Position numbers and translations under genes: made by a program
From: Spongospora subterranea f. sp. subterranea
Taxonomy: Eukaryota
Direction of reading: 5' to 3'
Assembly: GCA_049724395.1 (NCBI GenBank)
Contig: JAUGWO010000156.1
Span: 62,001 to 126,000 of the forward strand
Length of the DNA stretch: 64,000 nt
Notes under the pieces: generated by a model
The model's database searches: none
Told to the model about the DNA's origin: nothing
What the model saw: only the letters and a program-made list of their open reading frames with translations
In this document: positions 25,117 through 37,574 of the stretch, one piece after another
How the letters are laid out: each line of letters begins with the position of its first letter
Position numbering within the stretch: the stretch's first letter is position 1

Positions 25117-26579
25117 TTAGCGCCGGTAACGGTGTGGGGATCGGGATCGTCGGCCATGGCGATGATGGCCTCGATCAGGGGAACGGGAACGGCGCCGATT
25201 TGGATCTCTGGAACGGGAGCGACGTTGTTTTCGATCTTGAGAACGAGACCACTTGTGCCCGCCTCTACGATCATCGATTTTCTTAGAATCTTTATCGTGA
25301 AACGGTTTCTTCTCCGATCGCTCTTTTGGATTGCTCTTTGGCATGGACTGATCAAATACCATTTTATATTGAGAATCTGGGGCTTTTGACTTCAAAGTCA
25401 GATTAGATTTGTCTGCGTCAAAGCGGCCCATTTGTTCTCCTCTCTGCCAAGAATTCCACATTCCAGATACGCTTTGGGAGAAGTCAACGTGAATCCGCCG
25501 ATCATCAATCAGTACATTCTCCATTTTCAGATAAGCCTGTTCGCACTCCTTGTCAGTCTCAAATTCGATGAACGCATATTGAAGAGAGTCATTGGTTTTG
25601 TAATCGCGAATCACTTCGCATTTCTTGATATTACCGAACCTGGAAAATATTAATTCCAGGTCTTCGGACATAGTCCTAATAGAAAATCAGCCGTTGCATT
25701 GAGGCGAGATAAATAAGTTAGCTCTAACACTGGGTTCAATTTACAGACGAAAAGGACGTTATCAGGAGGGCGAAAATCTGCGCTAGGAAGATCGCCAAGC
25801 ATTTCAAGAACTTCAGCACGATTTCTCTCCTCTTTCATTGCGAGTTCTTCTTCAATTTCCAGCTGTGATTTTTTTGCATTAGCAGCATCGATCTCATCGT
25901 CTTCATCTGCGATATAGTCCTCGTCAAATTGGTCACGAGACGGAACTGGCGAGCTTGGAAAAGATCAGGAACAATTACAACAGCACAGATTTGGACTTAC
26001 AGATCCGGTACTACAAGAGTTGGTGGATCTGGGAAAGGATCATCGAGGATCATTGTATGACGAATCCTAATATTTTTCAACGGACGATGTTTCTCGTCAA
26101 CAAACACCGAGTTAAGCTTGTCAAGCACATCGAATCCTTCGGCGATCTCTCCGAACACAGTATGGGTCCCGTCCAAATAATCGAGGTTATCCGCTAAAGT
26201 GATATAAAACTGTGATGCGTTTAAATTTGGTCCGGCCGATGCCATTGCCACAGTTCCTGAAGAAATGAAAGTAAATTTCCAGCTCCAGATCGATAAAACA
26301 GTAACCTTTTTTTTTGTGAGTCAATTGTGGCCGAATTTCGTCATTGAAAAATCGCGCTTTGGATCCAAACAATAATCCGGAAATAGAATCTCCATGGAAT
26401 CCTGTCCCCGTTGGGTCTCCGGTCTGGGCGATAAACCCAGATTCGACCTTGTGAAATGCACAATTGTTGTAATATTTGACCTTGCACAGTTTAAGAAAGT
26501 TCTTTGTCGTGACAGCGCATTCATCGACGAACAGATCGATCACCAACTCGCCAATTGATGTGTCGATCAATACCGACAT
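25117..26579 (-). CDS. PPIL4: Cyclophilin-RRM-RS protein PPIL4/CYP59/Rct1, multi-exon
   Basis: '[17 protein letters not shown]...[12 protein letters not shown]', '[14 protein letters not shown]', '[11 protein letters not shown]...SLQYAFIEF...[19 protein letters not shown]' and an RS-rich tail. Confidence 0.95.
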
Positions 26580-27044
26580 CGGTCCCGTCCGCCCGTTCCT
26601 GTAATCAAACTGACTTGCTGTTGCGGACTCCGGTCAGAAATCAGCAAACAAGGTGTTATTTCATAATCTGTACACGCCACCCGGACGGAACATTTTTAGA
26701 TATAAAACCATAATGGATCAGAAATTACAACGTTCATATAAATAGTGTTAGCATTGCGCCTTGATTGTCCTGAATAAACAAATCTTTGGAGTTGGGATTA
26801 TCGCTGAATGTTTAAGCGCTGTCGTCTCTAGATGATGTTGCGAACCCGAATTTGGGCTGGGGCGACTTATTCTCGGAAATTGATCGTAATTCGCACCCGG
26901 AGACAGGGAATCTCTTTCATCAATATTCGCTTTCCCATTCTGGATGCGGGACAGCCACGGCGTCCTACAGGTCACCCGCTGCCCCGGCATTTTGGGACAG
27001 TTGGTCTAGTGATTACCCGGGCGTTGCGTTTGGCGTCATCCGAC

Positions 27045-27332
27045 ATGGTGAAGGTGCAAATTGGCTCTCGTCATCAGTGCCGAAAATTCACCAGTTGTTG
27101 TGTATAGTCCACGACGAAGTCGATCCTTATTCGACTTATATCAACTGCTAAAACTGGGTACTTCACTATTGATAACAGCTGTGCAGATAAACGTCATAGA
27201 CTGATTCGAATTTGTAGATTTTTCTACACTTTGCGCCGAAACCCGCGAAATTCTACTGTCAAGATGATGGTTCGCAAATATGATCCAGTTGTTCGTCAAC
27301 ATGTCATATTTACCGAGGCGAAAATGAAATGA
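27045..27332 (+). CDS. MRPL33: Mitochondrial ribosomal protein bL33m (exons 27045-27053, 27108-27157, 27218-27332); absent from the ORF track
   Basis: Spliced translation [57 protein letters not shown] carries the L33 motifs 'LxSTAxTG' and 'KYDPVVRxHVxFxE'. Confidence 0.9.
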
Positions 27333-27397
27333 GTACAAAATACGCAAATCGAACACCACCTTATAGTTCTAGAACTATATTTTAGTGCCTCAATATA

Positions 27398-28911
27398 TTA
27401 AATATCAATCTTTAAGTAAACATAAGGATAGAAATCTGAGCCGATACCACTGTAATCGACATCGTCTCCTTTCTGAGAGGTAGCAGTTGTAGATAAGTCG
27501 GCATATATTTTCCCTAGCGCCGCCCTCAATCTGAAAGCGTTTGAACTCTTTGAGTAATTGTTCCTTGACGACGCTTACCGCTCTTCCTTTTGCGGTTTAA
27601 CTTCTAGTGTTGCTGCCGTGAAATTTATCGGCAAACCAAAGCGCAGAACAGCTTCGACAAAAACCCGGATTACCTGGAAGACAATGAAACCATATTCCCG
27701 ACCAATAAATATCTCTACCTTAATGTGAATCCAAGCCTTGAAAACTTCGGAATATGCTGTGGAACACCATCTGACAAGGTTTCTCCAAAGATAATCACAT
27801 TCTTTTTCCGTTTGAAATTTCGACGTCGCCGCGCTTGCAATCTAAAAAAATGGATGAGCACTATTCCATACACATACGATGTGACAACCTCTGTCTCATC
27901 ATAATGATATTCCCTGCATAAATACCGCTTTACTTTGGCCGGCTCTTTGAACTTGTTGGCGTATTTTCTCATGAGCACGACACGAAATGCAACGGATTCT
28001 TTGTCTCCATGCAGTCGTAATGCTGAACCAGGAACAACCTGTGAAAGCATTGAATGCGATGTCAACACATCCTCATGTACTCTACCGCTTTACATGTAAT
28101 CCCGTGGCTTGTAAAAGGATTGGGCTTTGGTTCATTTTCCGGGTCCTCATACTCAGATTCAAGGTTTTCATACGTATCAAGAAATTCTTTTTCCCTATTA
28201 GCAGGTACGATGACAATCGTACTTTCTATATATTCCCCTTCAACCAAGTCGTGAGGGCCAACGATCAAATGAAGCGGTCGAACTGCGAGGCTTCCGCTGA
28301 CGATAAAGAAAATCAGTGATGTCATGAACGTAATCGCAAATCAATCTCCACACACTTTTCTTTCCGGTTTAGTGCGGCAAGGTTTGCTTTCGTCTCTGTA
28401 AACTTGTGCGTCAACGATCGCAAGTCTTCACCATATTTCAGAGCAACGGTAGATATCGAATCAGTCAACAAATCTAACGGAGCTCCCAGGGGATATCTTG
28501 CCCTATCCCATTCGAATTTTCTGACAAAAGCCGCAGGGCTGGCTGCATTGAAAAAAAATGGATATAACAACGAGGCATAAATTAGCCTAACCTACCGTTG
28601 TCCACAAGAAGTCGAGGCTTAGATCTAGCAGTACCTTGGTTACTCTGACTTTCTTCCGAAAGTGAATCAATGTACTGATTACCAATCTTTTTCACGATAG
28701 CCTCGGTTTGTTCATCGACTTTTGCGATGGTATCACTTAAGGTCATCAAAGTATCCAGCGTTCCAACCGAAAGTCGCGGAACGCGCAGTTCATTATTTAC
28801 ACTCAGCCCCAGCATGGACGTCGCCACATCCAGCGACTTCAGCGTTCGGCTAACAGATCCGCCAACGGTTGGGACTGCCACAACCCAGAAACGGAGGCGA
28901 TCATCGCTCAT
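27398..28911 (-). CDS. VMA5: V-type ATPase V1 subunit C, multi-exon
   Basis: '[23 protein letters not shown]', 'FEWDRARYP', 'GSLAVRPL', '[11 protein letters not shown]' and C-terminal 'FYPYVY'. Confidence 0.92.
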
Positions 28912-29412
28912 GACGCTCCTTTGTTGGAATAGCTATCGTTTGCAGACAGTTTCAACCGAACTTCTCCCGTAACAGGGAGGTACATACAGTTAACTGTACA
29001 ACTGCCGATTGCTGAGTCCGCTACATACACTACACCAACAGCAAAATGGCGTTTTCTTCAGTTGTGATTTTGGGAGTTTGACTGACAAGCCGTTCGGCGA
29101 TTTTTTCTGGAAATGTTGATCTTTAACGTTAGCTACATTGCCATGTTTTTACACGTTTACTGTAATCAATCAGCAGCATCGCGACTGGATAGTTTTTTAT
29201 GCAATTTTCCCCGACTCCAAAAATAAAATCCTGTCTTTGCATGCAGAATCGCTTGAGTGAGTCATGCTTTACACAGCCATCAACATTTCTACAGGGGAAT
29301 GAGCAATTCAGTTGAATCACGTGTGTCTCAGTTGACCCATACTGCACAAGTGGCTGAGCATCATAACTTAATCTGTACTTATTTAATCACCATTTTTCAA
29401 CCATTTGCGGCT

Positions 29413-32400
29413 ATGATGAGATCTAAAGTAGTCTATGCCATTACAATTCTAGCCATGGTATCTGCAGCGGCGTTTGCCACCGGAGAGAAAGCAGATCTTG
29501 CCAAACGAACGGCCATGAAAGCTGGACAAGCTCCGTTGATTCTACCGGTTTACGGAGAGAAGCCGACTCCAGCACCGACTACTCCTCCGCCGACCACGGC
29601 TGCTCCAACGCCGGCCCCAACTCCAGCAACGCTAGCGCCTTTGCAGACGCTGGCTCCTGAATTCCAAAACCCGCCTGCGTTCAGATTCAGTGATCATAAG
29701 CCATATGAGGTCCCTGTAAATGACCGAAGTCTTTATGGCAAACATGCCCCCACTGCGAAAAAACGTCGCCAGACTCAGCATTACAAGAAGAACAAGAAGC
29801 ACAACAAGCGTACCCCAGCCCCATCAGATGAGGATGAAGATGAGGAAGTTGAGACGAAGAAGCCGAAGCACAAGAAGAAAAAAAGTGATGAATCGTCTGA
29901 CGACTCGCAGAGTTCTAGCTCGTCCACGACTCCTCCAACTACTTCGCCAATCACTACTTCACCAACGACCTCCCCCTCCAAATCCAATGACGTCGGTTCA
30001 AACACTGATTCAGGATCAAAAAGCTCCAGTGGCTCCGCCCCAAGCTCCTCCAGCGACTCGGGATCGAAGTCCTCCAGCGACTCGGGATCGAAGTCCTCCA
30101 GCGATTCGGGATCGAAGTCCTCCAGCGACTCGGGATCGAAGTCCTCCAGCGACTCAGGATCGTCGAAATCCTCTTCTGATTCAGGTTCATCGACGAGTAA
30201 AGCTAGCTCATCATCCAGCAGTTCTTCGTCTTCTTCGGACATGTTGGATATCCAATGGCCAGCGTTTCCCGAGATATTCCAGCAGCAAACTACTGCTCCT
30301 ACCACGGCGCCAGTTGCACCTGCAGTTCAGCCTACTTTGGTCCAGCCTGCAGTTCAACCTACCTTGGTCCAGCCTGCACCTCAGCCTTCTTTGATGCAGC
30401 CTGCAGTTCCGTTGCTGACTGATTTCCTGATGCCTCAGCAGCCCTCATTATTTGAAGTTCCCTCAATCTCGGAGGCATTCCCCATGCCAGCGTCGTCCAA
30501 CCTTTATGACAGCTCCAATCTCGGAGAGACGATTGTACCGGAAATTACCGTTCTTCCTACTCCAGCTCCGGCAACACCCACCGTCGAGGAAGTCGTTTAT
30601 GAATATCCAGTTTCAAGGCCATCTCCGATTGAGATTCCTGCAGAAATTCCCACAAGTATGTATTTCATGTGTCCGCTCAACAGTTTTTGACCAAACGTAA
30701 TCCAGGTTTCAACGCGACAACTGCCCCTACCAATAAGACCAATGATGCGACTTTCCAGCCAGTGTTGTTGCAAAATGTGTCAGGGAACACGTCTGCTCCG
30801 GTGTCTTTCACAACCTCGCCGGTTGTGAACGCCACCTCGCCTGCACCTCATGGTTCGACAATCTTGTTTAGTATGTGTCGGTACCTTAAACATCTTGAAC
30901 ATTAGGTGACTCGAGCACGCCGTTGAATTCCTCAATTCACCAGAGAACGCAGCTTTACACGCTCATGCCAAGAAATTCTTCGTCCACGATGAATTTCACC
31001 TCGCCTGCTCCTGAAGGTATAACCAACGGTTTTTATGAGTATTGGTGTACTAAACATTGAGCAACGTTAGGTGAAACCAGTATGCCGGTAGAGTCTCCCA
31101 TTCACCACAAAACGCAGCTTTACACGATCGTGCCAAAACATTCTCTTACTCCGAAGAATTTCACGTCGCCTGCTCCTGAAGGTATAGCCAATATTGTTAT
31201 GAGTAATGATGTATTAAACATGCTCGACATTAGGTGACACCAGTATGCCGGTAGAGTCTCCCATTCACCACAAAACGCAACTTTACACGATCATGCCTAA
31301 AAATTCTTCTTCTACGATGAATTTCACGTCGCCTGCACCTAAAGGTATAATATATTTTTATGAAAACTGATGCACTCGACTAAAAGGTGTTGAACATTAG
31401 ATGGCACCAGCATGCCTCTTGATTCATTTGTGGACCAATTTAACAACACGAATGCGACCTCACCTGCCCCTGAAGGTATTTATTAGCCATGCGTCTTAGC
31501 GTACCCTCAATCTAAGTTCCCCTGAACATTAGGTGATGATAGCCTGCCCGTGAATTCTACTGTTCACCAAGCAACTCAGCTTTACACCCTCAAACCCAGG
31601 GTAAAGAAGACCCATGCGCCACTGTACAAGATGACTCCGTTCCCTACAACCAACACTACTGGCAACGACAGTCTGTCTGCACCGACCTCTGTACTTCCCA
31701 CTGACAATTCTACATCGTCACCGCCGACTACAGCGCCGGGTAATACCTCGTTACCAACGGATGTGACGCCCACAGGCAATGAATCGTTACCTGTCAATGT
31801 ATCATTACCAGGCAATTTCTCATTGCCCACTAATGCGACAACGCCTGTCAATACATCTGACAGCGTTGTCTTGCCAACGAGCACGTCATTACCTACCAAC
31901 GAATCACTTCCAGTCAATGCTTCGCAGCCCGGCAATTTCTCCATGCCCACTAACGAATCATTACCTACCAACGTCTCACTGCCTATCAACGCTAGCAATT
32001 TCTCAACATCGCTACCAATGAACCAGTCGCTACCAGTGAACCAGTCGTTACCAGTTAACAGTTCTCTCCCTGGGAATGTCTCATCTCCGGCGTTCTCAAA
32101 CGACACGAACCCGACTACCAGTCCAGTGATTGTTATTGGGCCGTTTAATTCATCACAACCGACCTCCGCTCCCGTCAACGGTTCGTCTCCTGGCAATCAA
32201 TCTAGTCCAATTTTCATTGCCTCGCCTACGACTTCGCCCGCTTCTAGTGTTGCACCGATTAACGGATCATCACCAATAACTACACCACAGGCATCAGCAA
32301 ACTCTTCTGCCCCTTCGTCAAGTCCATCAATTTTCATTCCTTCGATGACAACCTCTCCAGCTAGTAATGGATTATCACCATCATCTGCTCCGCATAGGAA

Positions 32401-34789
32401 CTCGTCTGCCCCGATGTTCAGTCCAATTTTCATTCCTTCGGTGACGACGTCGCCTGCCAACAACGTTGCTCCAAGTAATGGATCATCGCCATCAACTGCG
32501 CCGCAAGGGAACTCGTCTGCCCCTACGTCAAGTCCAATTATCATTCCTTCGCTTACAACCTCCCCTGTCTTTAGGGTTGCTCCTATCAATGGATCAGCGC
32601 CATCGACTGCGCCGCAAGTGAACATCACGACTTCCCCTGTGAGTGTTAATGCGTCTGCTCCGTTTGCGCCGGTAAATTCCACCTCGCCAACCAACAGCAG
32701 TACAGCGGCACCAACGGCGCCTTCGACACCGGAAGTGATCCGGTGCGAGTACGGTGTTATTTCCGTCTTGGACTCGTCGACGAACTTTCTCCTCCTTCGC
32801 AAGCTTTGTGATGGACACCCGATGTGTGATGTTTCTGCTGTCAACGTCAGCGTTATTTCTTATAAATGCATCAAGCCAACAACGCTTACTCCACAGCCGA
32901 CTTCTATCAACGCGAGCAATGCTACCGTATCGCCTGTCAATGCAACCACTCCGGTCCCACCTCCCGCATCGTCGGTTGCACCACTTAACAGTACTGCTCC
33001 GGTTCCGCCTCCCGCATCGTCGGTTGCACCAGTTAACAGTACGGCACCTGTTCCGCCTCCCGCATCGTCGGTTGCACCAGTTAACAGTACAGCTCCAGCA
33101 ATGTCGGTGGCGCCAATTACGGATCCCGCGTCGCCCATGCCGACTACAGTCAATGCATCTTCGCCAGCACCAACCAGCATCATCGTTCACGAGAACACGT
33201 CATTCAGCGTGCCACCGTTTCCTACGAAGCCGGCGGGACCGTTTTTGTACATTCCCAAAAATACGCCTGCCCCGACGACGGAATGTGCGGAAAACAGCAC
33301 AGTTGAAAGTTCACGACCCATTTTCCGTCGTCCTACCCCTTCTCCGTCCGTTCTGTTCCCTAGCAAGTCCGGCCGCACGAACATGATCAAATTTCCAAAT
33401 TCGGTGGACTTTCCCAATCTGATCAACGTGGTCGAACAACGTGAAAACCATGAAATTCAGCAGAAAGTCGTTGAACAGAAAGGCGCTGAGCTGAAGGTTG
33501 TTACTTCTACCAACAAGGTTGTTGTCCATGCTCAGGATGCTCAGGTTGTTCCTGATAGTCCCCGTTCTTCCCGCAATCCTGGTTCCCCAGATCAAACAGT
33601 TCCGGTGAAGAGCCACATGTGCTTTGAAGCTGCAAGTCATGAAGGCTATCAGACTCTTGGATGTGAAGATGGCGAAGTCATATCCGAATTCACTTCGTCT
33701 TCTTTCGGTCGGCCACAAGGATCATGTTTTGATGCAAAACTCTGGCGTGCCGATAAGGAATGCCATGCTGATGTCGTGAAGATGATCTCCAAGGACTGTC
33801 TGGGAAATTCTTCATGCCGCATTTCTGCTGATCCGAAGATTTACGGTTCCCCTTGTGCAGCTAGGGATGGCAGATATCGGTTAATGGTGAACTATGTCTG
33901 CTCTGCGGTGAATCGTCGTCAACATGATTCCGTCGTCGGCGTAAATCTGCCAGGAAGGATGAACGTTCATGAATCGGCTGTTAACACGAAACGATCAGCG
34001 ATGTTGGTCTCACCAAAGGAACCTGCAGTTCATGGCGCTCACTGTTTTGAACAAAAAACGCTGAACCAAGGCAAACTTCTGAAGTGTCCTCACAACCAAG
34101 TTGTAAAGGGTATCTCCCGTGCCCATTTCGGTCTACAGTTAGGTTCGTGCTCACATGGAAACACGTGGAAGCAAGTCGAAACATGCTCTAAAGACATCAA
34201 GCCGATCGTGAGCCGGATGTGCTTAGACCGAGAATCTTGCTACGTTGAAGCCGACCCCAAGGAGTTCGGTATTCCATGCCAGTCTAAGGAGAATCAGTTC
34301 CGAGTCATGGTTGACTATATCTGCGGTCAACCGGATGAAATCAAGCCAAAATGTTTCAACTCTGAGAAGAATTCTGCGATTATTTGCCCTACAGGCCAGG
34401 TCATCACTTCGTTCACCAAGGGAAGCTTCGGAAATCCGGGAACTTGTTCTGCTCCCTTCAAGACTGGAGATTGCCACGTTGATCCTCTCCCTTTATTGCA
34501 AAGCCAATGTCTTCGCCAGAATCGCTGCGATGTCAACGTCATGACTGCGAAGTTCGGGACTCCGTCTTGTGGAAATGCGACCTATGGTAACAGCTCAAAG
34601 CCGAAGTTTAATCACCTTCTTACCGAGTACACCTGTGGTCTGCCTACTGACACGGCTCTGAATCTAACGCGTTATAACGTGTCTGCATTCGACAAGACGT
34701 TGCTCAAGAAGAAGGCGAACGGCGCTAGCGGTGCTGCATCTGGGCTTCTTGCTCTCTGCGTAACCATACTGGCAATGGTGTTCATTTAA
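29413..34789 (+). CDS. Large secreted mucin-like S/T/P-rich glycoprotein with C-terminal SUEL/galactose-rhamnose-lectin-like domains and a probable GPI signal (7 exons)
   Basis: Signal peptide, SSSDSGSK and N-x-S/T-rich repeats, three clear Cys-rich SUEL-type domains (e.g. 'LGCEDGEVISEFTSSSFGRPQGSC...CLGNSSCRISADPKIYGSPC') plus one degenerate copy, hydrophobic C-terminus. Exons 29413-30655, 30706-30852, 30906-31016, 31071-31181, 31234-31344, 31401-31475 and 31533-34789 splice in frame. Confidence 0.8.
30040..30190 (+). repeat. Coding 24-bp tandem repeat (SSSDSGSK units)
   Basis: Repeated tcctccagcgactcgggatcgaag units. Confidence 0.9.
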
Positions 34790-35123
34790 TTACCGTGTCC
34801 AAATAAACCAAACATAAATCATTTATCAAACTCTTTGGGTGTCCACATGGATAGGTTATCACTGCATGTTGTAAACATGGTCCGTTGGCGGATTTCTACA
34901 GCTATAGCCACTCTGCTGTACCGTAACGGGGGGCAGCATGGTCAGGCTGGGCATTCATTCGTTTGCTTGTTTTTCGAAAGGAAATCAAATCAAACCTACA
35001 CAGCTGTTGATCAACTACATGCGCATTGCCCAAGACGTTTTACCCCATCTCAAAAAAATAAGAGTGCAATAGTTTTTCGACAAGTGTTGCTGTACAAGCT
35101 ATTATGCTTTTAGACCTTTTCGG

Positions 35124-35948
35124 TGCGCTAGATTGGAATGCCATCCAAACTTGTATCAAATTTTAGATTGATGTTTTCGACGCTGTAACCCATTAGACGT
35201 TTTATTGACGACTGCGAAAGCAAAGTCAACATCGCGGGATTAACGTTCGAAAATGAATTTACAGTGGAGTAATTTTACAACTCGAGAGGTTGGGCGCCTG
35301 GAACGCGATGGCACGTTGGCGCAGGGCACAAGCCCTGCACAAGCCCTATGAACTGCCGTCCCGCCTGCCGCTGGCCAAGACTGGGGTGTCGTATCATCTC
35401 TGGGATCCGCCGAGAACTACGAAGGTAATGATGAATGCTCTAGTGTTGTATGCGTTTTGTTTTACCCGTTTTTGGTATACCAATTAATCAACAGGAGCCG
35501 GTCAATACGAGTCGGTCATGGGCGATCTCGTCGAATACGGAGCGACACACCCTGAAGTTGCCTGGCTTATCGATCCGTATTACGTCCAGTTCCTTTCGCC
35601 ATTGCACCAGAACTATGCCGCTGCGGTCGCAGCGTATCCGGTCGACCGTCCTGGCCATGCCTGCTCACGGTATATCTGGGCGTTCTCATCTACGGATGCA
35701 GGGCTGGAGGCGGTACGGCAGTTCATAGGGCATGTGCGCCCTGGCAATGTGCCATCGCGTTCCAGGCGCCCAACCTCCTTGAGTTCTAAAACTAATCTAT
35801 TGTAAATTCATTTTAACTCTTCGATCGTTAATCCCCCGATGTTGACGTTGATTTCGCAGTCGTCAATAAAACGTCTAATGGCGTTCAAGAGTCGAAAACA
35901 TCAATCTAAAATTTAATACAACTATGGATGACATTCCAATTTAGCGCA
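35124..35948. mobile_element. Non-autonomous long-TIR element (Mutator/foldback-like), ~240-bp TIRs around a ~340-bp interior
   Basis: 35124-~35366 is the imperfect reverse complement of ~35706-35948 (e.g. cattagacgttttattgacgactgcgaaa / tttcgcagtcgtcaataaaacgtctaatg). No clear TSD seen. Confidence 0.8.
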
Positions 35949-36320
35949 AATTGAGGTGCTGCTAAGTCGGTGTGCAGCTAAATCGGGGTTTAACTCTGTA
36001 CTGTACATTCACGGCTGAATCCTCAAGACAAAAATGATTGCGCCCTGGGCAGTGGGCATGATACAAACCCTAGCTCTACAGTCACCAAAGCGACTGTCGC
36101 AGTTGATCAGGTGGCGAACTTTCAAGTGCGCCAAAGCCCGCCTCTCAGGCCTGCGCGCAGTTTTGAGTCGAGCGCAGTTTGTCACACGGGTTTTGCGCAC
36201 GGCAATGCCCAGTTTTTAGCTAGACGCCATCTGCAGTTACCTCCATGACTATTTTTATGCACCCGGCAACTGTCCACAGAAAGATCCGTTGATTGTCGGT
36301 CTGCCTTAAACAGTCAGTCA

Positions 36321-36812
36321 ATGGGACGCTGCAAGCTAAAAATCGAGGCCATCCGGGACGCTAAGAAAAGGGCAACGTGCTTCCGGAAACGAGCGCAAGG
36401 TATCATTAAAAAAGTGCACGAACTTTCGGTTCTCTGCAATTGTGATTTGGCGTTGGTGATTCTCGGCGAAAACAAGACCGTAACCACATTTGCAACCCGG
36501 GATATTGATTCAATCGTGAATGAAGCGAGACAGATTCATAATGGACCTATTCTCGCTACCGAGTGCTCACCATATATGCCCCAATATTATGAGACGATCT
36601 GCGCGGTCCCAATCGTCGACGAAGACAAAGCCGAGATTAATGATCTGGACAGAATGATGCCGCCCCTACACGCGATACATCCACCGGGAATGAACCTTAA
36701 CCAATGCATGCCTGACATGGGTTCAACCTCAATGGATATGAGCCAATCACTATCTAATGACATGCTGTGTAATTCATCTTCTGGCATTCAATATCCATTC
36801 TCAATTCTATAA
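36321..36812 (+). CDS. MADS-box transcription factor, MEF2/type II-like (a further 3' exon is possible)
   Basis: 'MGRCKLKIEAIRDAKKRATCFRKRAQGIIKKVHELSVLCNCDLALVI'. Confidence 0.9.
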   Translation: MGRCKLKIEAIRDAKKRATCFRKRAQGIIKKVHELSVLCNCDLALVILGENKTVTTFATRDIDSIVNEARQIHNGPILATECSPYMPQYYETICAVPIVDEDKAEINDLDRMMPPLHAIHPPGMNLNQCMPDMGSTSMDMSQSLSNDMLCNSSSGIQYPFSIL

Positions 36813-37177
36813 GTTTTAAATATTTTATGTAAAATCGTTCTTAATCTAGTGCACCAGCGTTGATGTCTCCCCAACGTAGTATTGAGCTGTCGCTTATCGA
36901 CCATATTTTAACGCCTTCCCCAGAAGACACTTAGCTGGATTGGGGCAGGGTCTCCACAATAGTTGTGGCTAGAGAACTTGTTATTGGTTCACAAACTGTG
37001 CACTGTGGCTGAATAGCTAAATCGTCAATCACTCAATCTTTCAGCTAGTTCGGATCCAATGACTTGAACTCAAATGAATCGCTACTCGTCAAAATTTCAG
37101 ACTGTAATGGAGAAACATGACCGATAAAAACGATGTAATAGGTTATACGAAAAATGCATCTATAACATCTGGTAATA

Positions 37178-37574
37178 TTATAGAAATCCATTAGCTTCCA
37201 AAGAGGCCCGGAACATAACTGTGTCTTTCCAGTTCTCGGTCCGTTGAGTTTGATTTTTGATCATCTCGAATACGTCGCGCGCGCGGTGCTCAACTGCATC
37301 AATTTCTAGACTTTGACCATCCGCAAAAACAACCTGAGAACGCTGAGCACAGGGAGAAATAATTGTATATCTGCAATAAGGATTAAACCTTAATATTAGG
37401 ATGAACATTTTTGACGATATTGGACGAAACGACCAAATCGGGCCGTTTGAACTTCTTGCTGGATAATAGCCTCAACACTTCCCGTGCACATTGCGACTTA
37501 GCGTGAAGCATATCGAACGAGACGATGATGTTTTTCACTCCTCTCAATACGGCTGAGGCAGATGTTTTCGACAT
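37178..37574 (-). CDS. Mitochondrial ribosomal protein mL53-like (L51/S25/CI-B8 fold), 2 exons
   Basis: 'VKNIIVSFDMLHAKSQCAREVLRLLSSKKFK...PNIK|VVFADGQSLEIDA' matches the mL53 pattern. Confidence 0.7.

Noticed and set aside
29720..33426. Long alternative-frame and antisense ORFs over the mucin gene
   Set aside because: Shadow ORFs caused by low-complexity S/T/P codon repeats.
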